Both the position numbers and the translations under genes were made by a program. From the NCBI GenBank assembly GCA_052327205.1, contig CM126221.1, forward strand, positions 47,864,001 through 47,928,000: a DNA stretch of 64,000 bases, given 5' to 3'. Every line of letters begins with the position of its first letter. The first letter of the stretch is position 1. This document shows, in pieces, positions 1 through 10,809 of this stretch. Under the pieces are notes generated by a model. That model ran no database searches, was not told where the DNA came from, and saw only the letters and a list, made by a program, of their open reading frames with translations. The stretch comes from Somniosus microcephalus (lineage: Eukaryota).

Positions 1-1394
1 ACTATGAATACAGCGGAACCCACTTGTACCAAATTTGCCAGTTTTAACATTGAGGGTTACAAAAATAATCAAAAATGAAAACGTCCAAGAAGATATACTG
101 TGCAGGGGAGGAAAACACAGTCAAGAATTCTAGAACTATATTTCAAGTGTGGTGTAAAAGAGAGTAAAGAATATAATTCAGTAGTTTGGACTAGTTACAT
201 ACTGTAATAATTATAAAACCAACATCGGAATCAAAATATTTTCTAATCTACTGCTCCAGGGCCTCAGTACTCAAACTCCTGGGTCCTAGTTTGAGTCACT
301 GTTGCAGATAACGGTATTAAGAAGAAAAGTAGATATTATCCTTGTGTCTACTTAAATTACTGGGAAGCAATCCTGTTGTCAGTCACCCTTTTTTTCATTC
401 ATCAAGTTAGGCCACAGACGTTCCAACCAGGTTCATTTATCTTGAATTTGTGGAGCACTAAGTAAGAAGACCTGAATTATACCTGTAACCAGTGGAATTT
501 TTGATCCCTGGATATAATAAGAGCAGTATACATTTATACAATAGAGCAGGCTAGTGTGCATATTCAGTTTAGACTGGGTAGTTTGGGTGCTTTCATTTTG
601 ACTTGGTGTGAAATAGTTTAGGACCTGGTAGAAGGCATTCTGCAGAATTAGGTGGTTTGGCTTTCAAATTTGACACAAAAAACATGTGGTTTTCACTGTA
701 TGTGGGATGATATAGTGGTGGCGGCCAGTTTTATTTGGTGTGAAAGACCGGTAACCAGTGAATGAATTCTAATCTAACAAGTAAAATAACAAGTGTCACC
801 AGTGATATTCTGTATTCTATGGTTATTGCTCAGTTTCAACTTGAGGTTTTTTAAAAAAAAAAACAACTATGGACATTTAGTTGGTCGAGGAAATTAAAGC
901 ATTTTATTTGGTTGCTTAAAAATCCAAACTCAAAATACAAGCCCTATTTCTTTATGATCCCTGTGAAATTTGTGATCTGTTTCAACCTTGAAACACTGGT
1001 ATTTTTTTAAATTACACTGAAATAAACCTGGATTTTTTTGATGTTGAATTAGAGAAGCTTACAGAATATTATTTAATGTTAGTCTCCAAACAGCAGAAAT
1101 TCTAATCATGTTTTATATTTACAATTTTGCACAATAACATTCCAAGGGATTTGCAGTGTTGTAGCTGCATCTAATTTATGCATGTTCTAAATAATGTGTC
1201 CTTCTGTTCCATATTTCTTCATTCCTGAAGGCTGACTTTTTGGGGTATAGTTGGAATGGGTAGTGGCAGCAATCTGGTATTCAGCTGAGCATTCTTCGTG
1301 TGTGAAACTAGACAAAGTGTTGGAAGGCTTTTCAGCTGTGCAGGACATCGCTATCGAGCTCAGTCTTGACCTGATCCACAAATTAGTTCACAAG

Positions 1395-1549
1395 CAATGT
1401 TCCCTCTAAATTTTTTTCCCTCTACACGGGTCTTTTAAAGTTGCTGAGCGACTGTGCATGTGTGATATTTCTGCCGTCACTGATTGGCCTGTGCAGGACC
1501 TTGCAATTAGTGCGCGAATGTGCACCTTGGCGGCGGGGGGGGAACATTG
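1395..1549. mobile_element. Short non-autonomous hAT-like MITE
   Basis: Terminal inverted repeats CAATGTTCCC...GGGAACATTG; the flanking 8-mers TTCACAAG and GTCACTAG match at 6/8, consistent with a decayed 8-bp hAT TSD. Confidence 0.55.
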
Positions 1550-1657
1550 GTCACTAGATAGCTAGTATCAATAAACAGCTGATTTTTTTTTTTTTTTAAC
1601 TCTCCCCTGCCTAAGTGTGCTGAGGCTAGTTGTAGCATCCAACTGGCTGAAGTCAGT

Positions 1658-1752
1658 GAAAGTTCACTAGACTGATTCCTGGGATTTGGGGGGGGGGGGG
1701 GGGGGGGGAAGGAAATGTCCTGTGAGGAAAGATTGAGTAGACTTGGCCTATA
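1658..1752 (+). mobile_element. Small CR1 LINE ORF2 3' fragment with a poly-G tract
   Basis: GTTCACTAGACTGATTCCTGGGAT...GAGGAAAGATTGAGTAGACTTGGCCTATA matches the CR1 copies at 6505 and 27785. Confidence 0.6.
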
Positions 1753-2408
1753 TCAGACCAGGGATCGAAGCTGACATCATTTTTCAGTAAACATGAAGTG
1801 CAATTATTATTTTCCAACTGCTACTTTTACAAAACTTGGAGCAGTTTTGGTAAGGATAGGGTTAGATTAAATAGGATGAGAGGAGGCTCGTGTGGCGCAT
1901 AAACTCTGGCATAGCCCAGTTGGGCTGAATGGTCTGTTGTAAATTCTAAATAATTGGACCATTGATGCATCTAATTTTGAAGAATAGTGCATTGGAATAC
2001 CTTTTTCAATCATCTAAACCTTTTTAAAAAATAAAAAAAATAAATAACATTTCTTTTACACAATGTCAAACAGTAAAGTTCTGTTTAATCTTTATACCTA
2101 AACTTCAAAAGAACTATGAAAAAATGTTCTGTAACTGATTCCATTTTATAATTGGAACTGTACAGAAAATCATTTCGTGGATACTGTGTATTTTGTGAAA
2201 ACAGTTGTCTCTTTTGAAAAGGCATTCTCTACCAGAATTTATTTCTAAAGCTGTCTTATATCAGTATAATGTTTATTTGCTTTGGCTAAAATTCAGTTTT
2301 AACTTTCGAGGATGGGAGTTAATGGGAACAGTGAGAGATCTACAGTGCAATATTTCTTTTGTGATGACACCTTGAATGTATGTTCACATGCTGATGTATG
2401 GCAAACAG

Positions 2409-2495
2409 GAGAAGGAGAAGCCCATCACCACCGCCAAGGCGCCGGCGTACACCATCTCCTAGAAGACGCAGATCACCATCTCCACTAAGGCGCAG
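2409..2495 (+). CDS. SRRM1: SRRM1 internal coding exon (RRRSPSPPPRRRRTPSPRRRRSPSPLRRR)
   Basis: CAG acceptor ends at 2408 and GTTAG donor starts at 2496; 87 nt, phase 2/2; RS/P-rich repeats in frame with the next exon. Confidence 0.85.
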
Positions 2496-4161
2496 GTTAG
2501 TACTGTAAATGTTTGCAGTCAAGTAGGTCTTATTTCGAGAGAAACTCGTAACTTTTCATAATTTCATAGGGAGCAGCAAGGTGATCAATGTGAAGTTGGT
2601 GGTAGAATTAGCATGGTTCGCTTATTACCAAGTTCATGGATTCCTTAAAATCATGGCGCGTGATTTCATTGTCATTCCAAAATATATAGGGGATTAATTC
2701 TGCACGTCTCTTGAAATAGCGTAGACGGAGATCGAATTTAAATGTGCTATGACATGAAAAGTAGTATAGCAAAATTGTGATGCGACTGTGAAGCATGTAG
2801 AGGCACAGTTAAACCATGCTTAGCTTCGACATTGACATCATTTTCCCAGAAATGTCCCAACAATTTTTTTTTACTTTTGCATGGTGTAGGAACTTTCTAT
2901 CCATCTTTTCAGCTCCTGTTTCCCTTTTCAGATTACTGCTTGTAGTTGTGCTGTGTTGTAGTTTATTGGTGCAAGGTAGAAATCATGTACTTGGCACCAC
3001 AAAAATAAATGGTGCTGGTGTAATTCTGTTGCGCCTTGAGTATAGCATTTTTGCCTGAAAACAGTAAAATGGAGGTTTTGATGTAGTTATTGGTTTATAT
3101 GATTTTCATATTGTGAATCTCCAATCCAAAGTCAGTGTGCTGGAAGCTTCATTTTGCAGCCCTGTAGCAGTCAATAATGCATTTAACGTGCCATGAACGT
3201 AGGCTTACACAAAGCATGGGAGTATTGTATCATCGTTATAATGGATTTTGTTGTATTAGGTTCTCTGAAACTTACAATTCTGCTTAGTGTCTTTTCCTAC
3301 ACCGTCCAACCTGGGAATGCTTTGTTATATATGCCATATAAATAATATGTATGCTATATAAGTCCACGTTGTAAGTAGGTACTGATGAATGCTAATGGTA
3401 CTGGAACTTTTAAGTTTAATTATCTAGAAATGGTTGTAATGTTTTTAAATGTTTTACACTCCTACAGAGAACTTCTAACAGATTATGTTTTGATTCCAGG
3501 GTAAGCATGATGTAGTGTTTTATAGTGGTGCCTTGTTCCAACGGAAACTCTTCCATTCTGTGTGGAGTTTCCCCCTTTTTTTCTTTCTCCCTTCCCTTCC
3601 CACTTGTAATGTGATCAGCAGCTCTCGCTGCCTTGCTCAGGTTACAAGTCTTTACGTGTGCTTCGATTGTATTGGGGATTTGTTCAACTTTGGAAGGGGT
3701 CACAGCCAAGTATCAGTCCATTCGCATCCGATGTGCATTCTTTGCAATGGGATTACTGTAATCGGAAAGAACCTCAACTGACTTTTTTTTGCATTGCCTA
3801 ATGTACTTTGAGGCCACTTGTGGCCCTGCTGCCATCCTGGCTGAGAGTTACTAACTGGAGATCAAAGCTAGCAGCTTTCTGGTCCGTGTGGAGCTCCTTA
3901 ATTATGCCTATGGCACTTTGAGTTTCTCCGTGTGGTGTCACTGGTATATTAGTCATATCCCAACTTGAAATTCTCTTTCTTTGCTGTGGAATTTGAGTGA
4001 AAGGAACAAAAATTAATCATTAGGTTGCACATAACAGGAATGGTCTACCAGAATAAAGTCAAAGAATAATTAAAACTTTAAATTTAGATTTATCTGTTCT
4101 AACCATGACAATTATCCGCAGTATTACTAATTTGATTTTATCATTGATTTTTGTCTTTTAG

Positions 4162-4551
4162 ATCGCCATCTCTACCGCCACGTAGACGTTCAGCCTCACC
4201 TAGGCGCTATTCCCCTCCAATTCAGAGGAGATACACTCCATCACCACCACTGAGGAGGAGGGGATCCCCATCACCAGCACCAAAGCGCCGTAGTTCTCCT
4301 TCCCCCTCTTCCAGGCGTAGGAGAGGATCACCTCCTAGCCGTTCCAACAGAGATGTTCGCTCACCACCACTACACAAACGCCACTCGCCATCCCCACGAC
4401 CTAGGGTAATGCGTGGATCCATTAGTCCTCCGCCGGCACGAAGAATGTCAATGTCACCGCCACCACCACAACGACGTCATCTGTCTCCGTCCCCTAGTAA
4501 CCGGCCAATCCGGCGAGTATCACGGACCCCGGAACCCAAGAAACCCAAAAA
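4162..4551 (+). CDS. SRRM1: SRRM1 internal coding exon (SPSLPPRRRSASPRRYSPPIQRRY...VSRTPEPKKPK)
   Basis: TTTTAG acceptor and GTAAG donor at 4552; 390 nt; contains SPRRYSPPIQRRY and RRVSRTPEPKK, which are characteristic of SRm160. Confidence 0.93.
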
Positions 4552-4573
4552 GTAAGGGCATAAATAGAACGTA

Positions 4574-4907
4574 CAGGAAACTTTGTGCTATCCGGCACTG
4601 ACAGGACCGAGCTGTTGCCGCCCCATCAAAACTGCCGGACAAACCAGCGCTAATGTTGAAACGTACGGCGATTTTGAGCTCCGTATCTGGCAACAAACCC
4701 CGTTGCTTAGCAACAGCTTCTAAACAGTCGGCCGTACCTTGCAAGCGTCTCTGTAGCTTAGCAACAGCTTCAGCGAAACCTTGCAGAGCCTGACTGGTGG
4801 GGGGGAAAAAAGCAATGAAAAAAAAAAACTAACGAAACGGTTCCTGATTTTTGCCGGTGGCTCGAGCATTCCAGACAGTTAACCTCCGGATAAACCAAAG
4901 TTTCCTG
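4574..4907. mobile_element. Tc1/mariner-pogo (Tigger-like) MITE in an SRRM1 intron
   Basis: TIRs CAGGAAACTTTGTGCTATCCGG ... CCGGATAAACCAAAGTTTCCTG, with TA on both sides (4572-4573 and 4908-4909). Confidence 0.8.
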
Positions 4908-5499
4908 TAAATGTTTAATAACTTGCTTACCTTGTGAAAGTATTCCAACACGTAATGTGAGTGTGCCACCATTCTAATTTTGGCTTTTGACAACATTTTC
5001 ATAGCCCAAATACGCTTTCTCTTGCTACATGATTTAACTTTATAGTTTTTCCAGCTCTTTAATTTTTGCTGAATTCAAAACATAAGTTTATAACTTTTCC
5101 TAACTTACATTTTTCATTGCAACATGTAACTAAAATATATAGAATGAAGAAAAGTTACAGTTTACTCATTTAGTACATATTTTGGTTGTGAGTGTTCTCA
5201 ACCCAGATTCAGCTGCAGTGGCAACTTAATGCATTTCTCTTTTAATGGGTAGTTCCTTAATCTATTTGTAGGTTCCATTTATTTCTGTATCTAATTTACT
5301 ATCCATTTTAATAATTGTTGCAGCTGGAGCATTTAATTTCTTAACTCATGCATGCGTCCTTTTGGATTTCAGTTAGAAACTTATTCTAGGAAACTTTGGC
5401 AGCTTCAATCCAGTTGATGTGGAAGATGAGCTTTATGGATTCTGGCATTGATTCCTAAGAACCCTTCATTTTCAATACACTAATTTGTGAATTTCCTAG

Positions 5500-5698
5500 G
5501 GTCTCACCAAGTCCACAAGCTGTGCGAAGGGCTACGTCGTCCAGATCCATATCTAGATCACCAGAACCTCTTCCCAAGAAAAGGCCAGTTGCTTCAGTCT
5601 CCAGGTCACAGTCTGCCAGCAGGTCACCAACACCTGTTCCTCCGCCACCACAAGTCAAAAAGGCAAAGAGTGCTTCAATTAGTCCATCTCCTGTCAAG
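5500..5698 (+). CDS. SRRM1: SRRM1 internal coding exon (VSPSPQAVRRATSSRSISRSPEP...SPSPVK)
   Basis: CCTAG acceptor and GT donor at 5699; 199 nt, phase 2 to 0, keeping frame with both neighbouring exons. Confidence 0.9.
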
Positions 5699-6504
5699 GT
5701 ACACTTCAGTATTCCGCCATTTAACATTTTTCTCCAATTTGGCTTCATAGGTTCTCCGATGATCGAGACCAACAGTGCAAGTAACCCCCTACAGTAAAAC
5801 TGTACTTTGCAAGATGTCGAGTGGCCCTGACTAGGCAATCCTTGCTGCATTTTATTATGCTTTACTATGGATTTTGAACAGAGATCTAGAAATGGGAAAA
5901 TTGATTCTCATTAATGAGCCAAGTTCGATTTTACTCCATTCTTAACTGATTAGACATTTCAGTAGCTAATGCCTTGTTCAGTGTTTTAAAATTGAGCTGA
6001 GTTGCAAAAGGTCTGAAATTCTCCAATAAAATTGGGTGGTTTACTTTATGTAAGTTGGACTTGAGGACTTTTATGGTATGATTTATGTATGGTATTTTCA
6101 AAATTCTGCAAGATCAACTTGCATAATGTAGTATTTGCGAATGTTTTCCACAATCTCTGGAGCTTTCATTTCAAAGCTTAAGTGGCATTAAGCTACTCTT
6201 CATTTAAATTCCATAGATACAATTTATTTTTTAGATAATGGGTGATACTTCCAAAAATTGAAAAAGGCATTAAACTAAAAAATTTTAACACAGTAGTAGC
6301 TCCTTTATTAGGCAATGATGCAAGAGTTAGTGGGATGAGTATTGCTCATTTGAAATTACGGCGTGAGTTTTTTCTGAAGGTAACACTCCCTCGTTGACAT
6401 TTCTTTCTCGACCATCTTTAGTTTCCTCTTGCCACTCCTTTGGCTGGGCGGTCAGTTGCCAGGACTCTCCCAGTATTGCCCCTGTGAGGCACATAAGTGA
6501 GGCG

Positions 6505-7063
6505 CACCTGGAGTACTGTGTACCCTTTTAGTCTCCTTATTTACTTGCCTTAGAGGGAGTGCAACAAAGGTTCACTAGACTGATTCCTGGCATTGTGGCG
6601 GGGGGGGGGGGGTATTGCCCTTTTGAGGAAAGGTTGAGTAGACTAGGCCTATATTCCCTAGAGTTTAGAAGAATGAGAGGTGATCTCATTGAAACATAAA
6701 ATTCTTACGGGGCTTGACAGGGTAGATGCTGGGAGAATGTTTCCCCTGGCTGGGGAGTCTAGAACTAGGGGTCACAGTCTTAGAATATGGGGTCGGTCAT
6801 TTAGAACTGAAATGAGGAGAAAGTTCTTCACTCAGAGGGTTGTGAATCTTTGGAATTCTCAACCCCAGAGGACTCTGGATGCTCAGTCGTTGAGTATATT
6901 CAAGACCGAGATCGATAGATTTTTGGATACTAAGGGAACCAAGGGATTTGGGGATAGTGCAGAAGGTGGAGTTGAGATAGATGATCAGCCATGATCTTAT
7001 TGAATAGCAGAGGAGGCTCGAAGGGCCGAATGGCCTACTCCTGCTCCTATTTCTTATGTTCTT
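6505..7063 (+). mobile_element. 5'-truncated CR1 LINE (ORF2 C-terminus and 3' UTR)
   Basis: Translation ...GESRTRGHSLRI...RKFFTQRVVNLWNS...; 3' end TTCTTATGTTCTTA. Confidence 0.9.
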
Positions 7064-7499
7064 AAGTGGTGGGGTGATTTGATTTCACTTCCCATAGTAT
7101 TATACATAAAATTGATGAATCAACTTGTGACGAATTCTGGTTCTGAACCCTAGTCTCATCAGTCCATGATGGTGTGTTGGTGCTTCACTTTGTGTCAACA
7201 GATACCCTGGCATTTGATTTTTCAAACCTTAATTTCTTCTGAGTTCCTCCATACTGGATACCAAGATAGTAAAAATGTTAGTTTTCTATTCTAAAATGTG
7301 CCATTCAGAAACTCTTTACCTTGAAGTATTTATACTGCCCATATAAGTACATATACCCTTAAGTACATCTGTTCTTGTAACTCTTGCCAACTTTTTTAAA
7401 TCATTTATTTTGTAAGTGCAGAAGATCCACTTAAAAAACACGAGAGCTATATTTCTCACTATTGAGTGCTTTGAGGTAATACTACCTTCTATCTTCAAG

Positions 7500-7700
7500 G
7501 TCTCTGACCAGGAAACTGGAGGAAAGAAGAAGAAGAAAAAGAAGGATAAGAAACACAAGAAGGACAAAAAACACAAGAAACACAAGAAGCATAAGAAAGA
7601 AAAGGCTGCAGTGGCACCGGCAGTAGTTGTGGAAGAAACGGTAGAACCAGTCGAAGCTCCAGCAAAGTCACCCCAGCCAGAAGCTTCAGAACCCACAAAG
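7500..7700 (+). CDS. SRRM1: SRRM1 penultimate coding exon (VSDQETGGKKKKKKKDKKHKKDKKHKKHKKHKKEK...)
   Basis: AG acceptor at 7498-7499 and GTGAGT donor at 7701; 201 nt; the K/H-rich motif is typical of the SRRM1 C-terminus. Confidence 0.93.
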
Positions 7701-8265
7701 GTGAGTCAGTGTCTCGAGGATAGTTAAAACTAGAGACAAAATAGAAATAAATTGGATGTTTCCTGGTTGTAATAATCGTGGGATGTTTGAAGTGTACACT
7801 TTAGAAATGGCTACCTTTTGTGTAGGTTTTGCTCATTTTTAGCTATACAGCTTGACTGAGCATTGTTCAGAAGTAAGCACAAGTCCCGGTACTGAGGAAA
7901 ACACTGACTAGATTACTTCAGATCCTGAAAAAGAATACATTTTATCAGGTCAAAGAGGAGCATAGATTGAGGCCTTTGTGGTGCAGACTGTTGCTGGTAT
8001 CCATGGCAACTAACACTTTTGGAAAATATAAAAGGGGAGGGTTACAAATAGACACGTAAGTGGAGCTATGGACACTCAGAGAAATGAAGGAGTCTGATTA
8101 ATATTCTGCTATGTAGTCTTGGGTATGGATGACCTGAGTAGGATACTAGAGTTATTACTCTAAACACGCCATTTGTGCGTCCCCTAGAGAAGATGGGTTC
8201 AAGCAGTCTTTGTCATTTGTAGAATACAGTGTACCTTAGAACAAAAAGGATATTGCAGCAATGAA

Positions 8266-10113
8266 AGCTTTTATAGATATGTGAAGAGAAAAAGATTGGT
8301 GAAGCCAAGCGTAGGTCCCTTACAGTCAGAATCAGGGGAACTTATAATGGGGAACAAAGAAATGGCAGACCAATTAAATACATATTTTGGTTCTGTCTTC
8401 ACAAAGGAGGACACAAATAACCTCCCAGAGATGTTGGGGAACATAGGGACTAATAAGAGGGAGGAACTGAAATAAATCAGTATTTGTAAGGAAATGGTGT
8501 TGGGGAAGTTGACTGGATTGAAGGCTGATAAATCCCCAGGGCCTGATAATCTACATCCTAGGGTACTTAAGGAAGTGGCCCTGGAGATAGTAGATGCATT
8601 GCTGGTCATCTTCCAGAACACACTAGACTCTGGAACAGTACCCATGGATTGGAGGGTAGCTAATGTTACCCCACTATTCAAAAAAGGTGGTAGAGAAAAA
8701 ATGGTGAATTATAGACCGGTAAGTCTGACATCGGTAGTGGGGAAAATGCTAGAGTCTATTATAAAAGATGTAATAGCAGAGCACTTGGAAAGCAGTGACA
8801 GGATTGGACAAAGTCAACATGGATTTACAAAAGGTAAATCGTGCTTGACTAATCTACTGGAATTTTTTGAGGATGTAACTGGTAGAATAGATAAGGGAGA
8901 ACCAGTGGATGTGGTGTATTTGGACTTTCAGAAGGCTTTCGATAAGGTCCCGCATAAGAGATTAGCGTGCAAAATTAAGGCACATGGGATTGGGGGCAAG
9001 GTATTGACTTGGATAGAGAACTGGTTGGCAGATAGAAAGCAAAGAGTTGGAATAAATGGGTCGTTTTCCGAGTGGCAGGCAGTGACTAGTGGGGTACCGC
9101 AGGGATCGGTCCTAGGACCCCAGCTGTTCACGATATATATTAATGATCTGGACGAGGGAATTGGATGTAATATCTCCAAATTTGCAGACGACACAAAGCT
9201 GGATGGGAGGGTGTGCTGTGAGGAGGATGTCGTGAAACTCCAGGGTGATTTGGACAGGTTGGGTGATTGGGCAGAAACATGGCAAATGCACTATAATGTG
9301 GATAAATGTGAGGTTATCCACTTTGGTGGCAAAAACAGGAAGGCAGATTATTATTTGAATGGCAATAGATTGAGAGAAGGGGAAGTGCAAAGAGACCTGG
9401 GTGTTCTTGTGCACCAGTCGCTGAAGGTAAGCATGCAGGTGCAGCAGGCGGTTAAGAAGGCAAATGGTATGTTGGCCTTCATAGCGAGAGGGTTCAAGTA
9501 CAGGAACAAGGATGTCTTGCTGCAGTTGTACAGGGCCTTGGTGAGACCGCATCTTGAGTATTGTGTGCAGTTTTGGTTGCCTTATCTGAGGAAGGATGTT
9601 CTTGCCATGGAAGGAGTGCAGCGAAGATTCACCAGGCTGATACCTGGGATGGCAGGAATGACGTATGAGGAGAGATTGTATCGATTGGGCTTATACTCAC
9701 TGGAGTTTAGAAGATTGAGAGGGGATCTCATCGAAACCTATAAAATTCTGTCAGGCCTGGACAGACTAGAGGCAGGAAGGATGTTTCTGATAGCCGGGGA
9801 GTCCAGAACTCGGGGTCACAGTCTAAGGATAAGGGGTAAGCCATTTAGGACAGAGATGAGGAAGAATTTCTTCACCCAGAGAGTGGTGAACCTGTGGAAT
9901 TCTCTACCACAGAAGACAGTGGAGGCCGGTTCATTAAATATATTCAAGAAAGAGTTGGATATATTCCTTGAGGCTAAAGGGATCAAGGGATATGGGGAGA
10001 AGGCAGGGACCGGGTACTGAATTTGGATGATCAGCCAGGATCTCATTGAATGGCGGAGCAGGCTCGAGGGGCTGAATGGCCTACTCCTGCTCTTATCTTC
10101 TATGTTTCTATGT
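8266..10113 (+). mobile_element. 5'-truncated young CR1 LINE in the last SRRM1 intron; RT ORF 8494-10020 (508 aa)
   Basis: RT motifs YLDFQKAFDKVPH, GVPQGSVLGP and KFADDTKL; one upstream stop at 8473-8475; 3' tail TTCTATGTTTCTATGT. Confidence 0.95.
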
Positions 10114-10689
10114 ATGCTGGAAATCAGATTTTTTTTCCAGAAAATATTTTGGGATACAGTGAGTAATTTGAGACATAGCATATGGTAAGTGTAACATGCT
10201 TGGGAAGAACAGATGATTGTGAACCTGTGGTTCCCAAAGCTTTCCACCACTGGGGGTTTCCTCAACTCATGTCTGGAAACAGAAATTATATTCTAGAGCT
10301 GTGAATTACAGAAGTGAGCTGTTCCATTTTTTTCCCATTTGAGTCTGGTACCTGCACCACTTGTATGTTATTAAGTTCAAAAATTATTTGGGAGCCAAAT
10401 GTACATTATAATGCACCTACTTCTTGGAGGCTGGGACTACTTTAGGTAAAAGTGTTGCACAAGCAATAAAATAACCAATGTTTAGATTATAATAAAGCAT
10501 ATTTTATCTTTTTCTATGTCCAAATTTTATAATACAGAAGCAGTCAAATTTATTTGAGCTGTATATTTATTTGCTTCTGCCGTACATAATTTGGATGTCT
10601 GATATCCTGATTCTTTTGAATTAAGCCACTGTCAAAAATGGCATTGTAATGTAATTCTACATGAGTTTAATCTGATTACTTTATTACAG

Positions 10690-10791
10690 GAGTCAGGAAG
10701 TGAAGATGAAAACTTAGACGATCTAGAAAAGCACCTCCGAGAGAAGGCTCTGCGGTCAATGCGAAAGGCTCAAACTTCACCACCATCATGA
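10690..10791 (+). CDS. SRRM1: SRRM1 terminal coding exon (ESGSEDENLDDLEKHLREKALRSMRKAQTSPPS*)
   Basis: TTACAG acceptor; NLDDLEKHLREKALRSMRKAQ is the conserved SRRM1 C-terminus; TGA at 10789-10791. Confidence 0.96.
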   Translation, partial: ESGSEDENLDDLEKHLREKALRSMRKAQTSPPS

Positions 10792-10803
10792 GGGAGAGTA
10801 CTG

Positions 10804-10809
10804 AATAAA
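10804..10809 (+). promoter_or_regulatory. Candidate proximal polyadenylation signal of SRRM1
   Basis: AATAAA lies 12 nt after the stop codon. Further AATAAA hexamers occur near 11380 and 12030, and usage cannot be determined from sequence. Confidence 0.3.
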
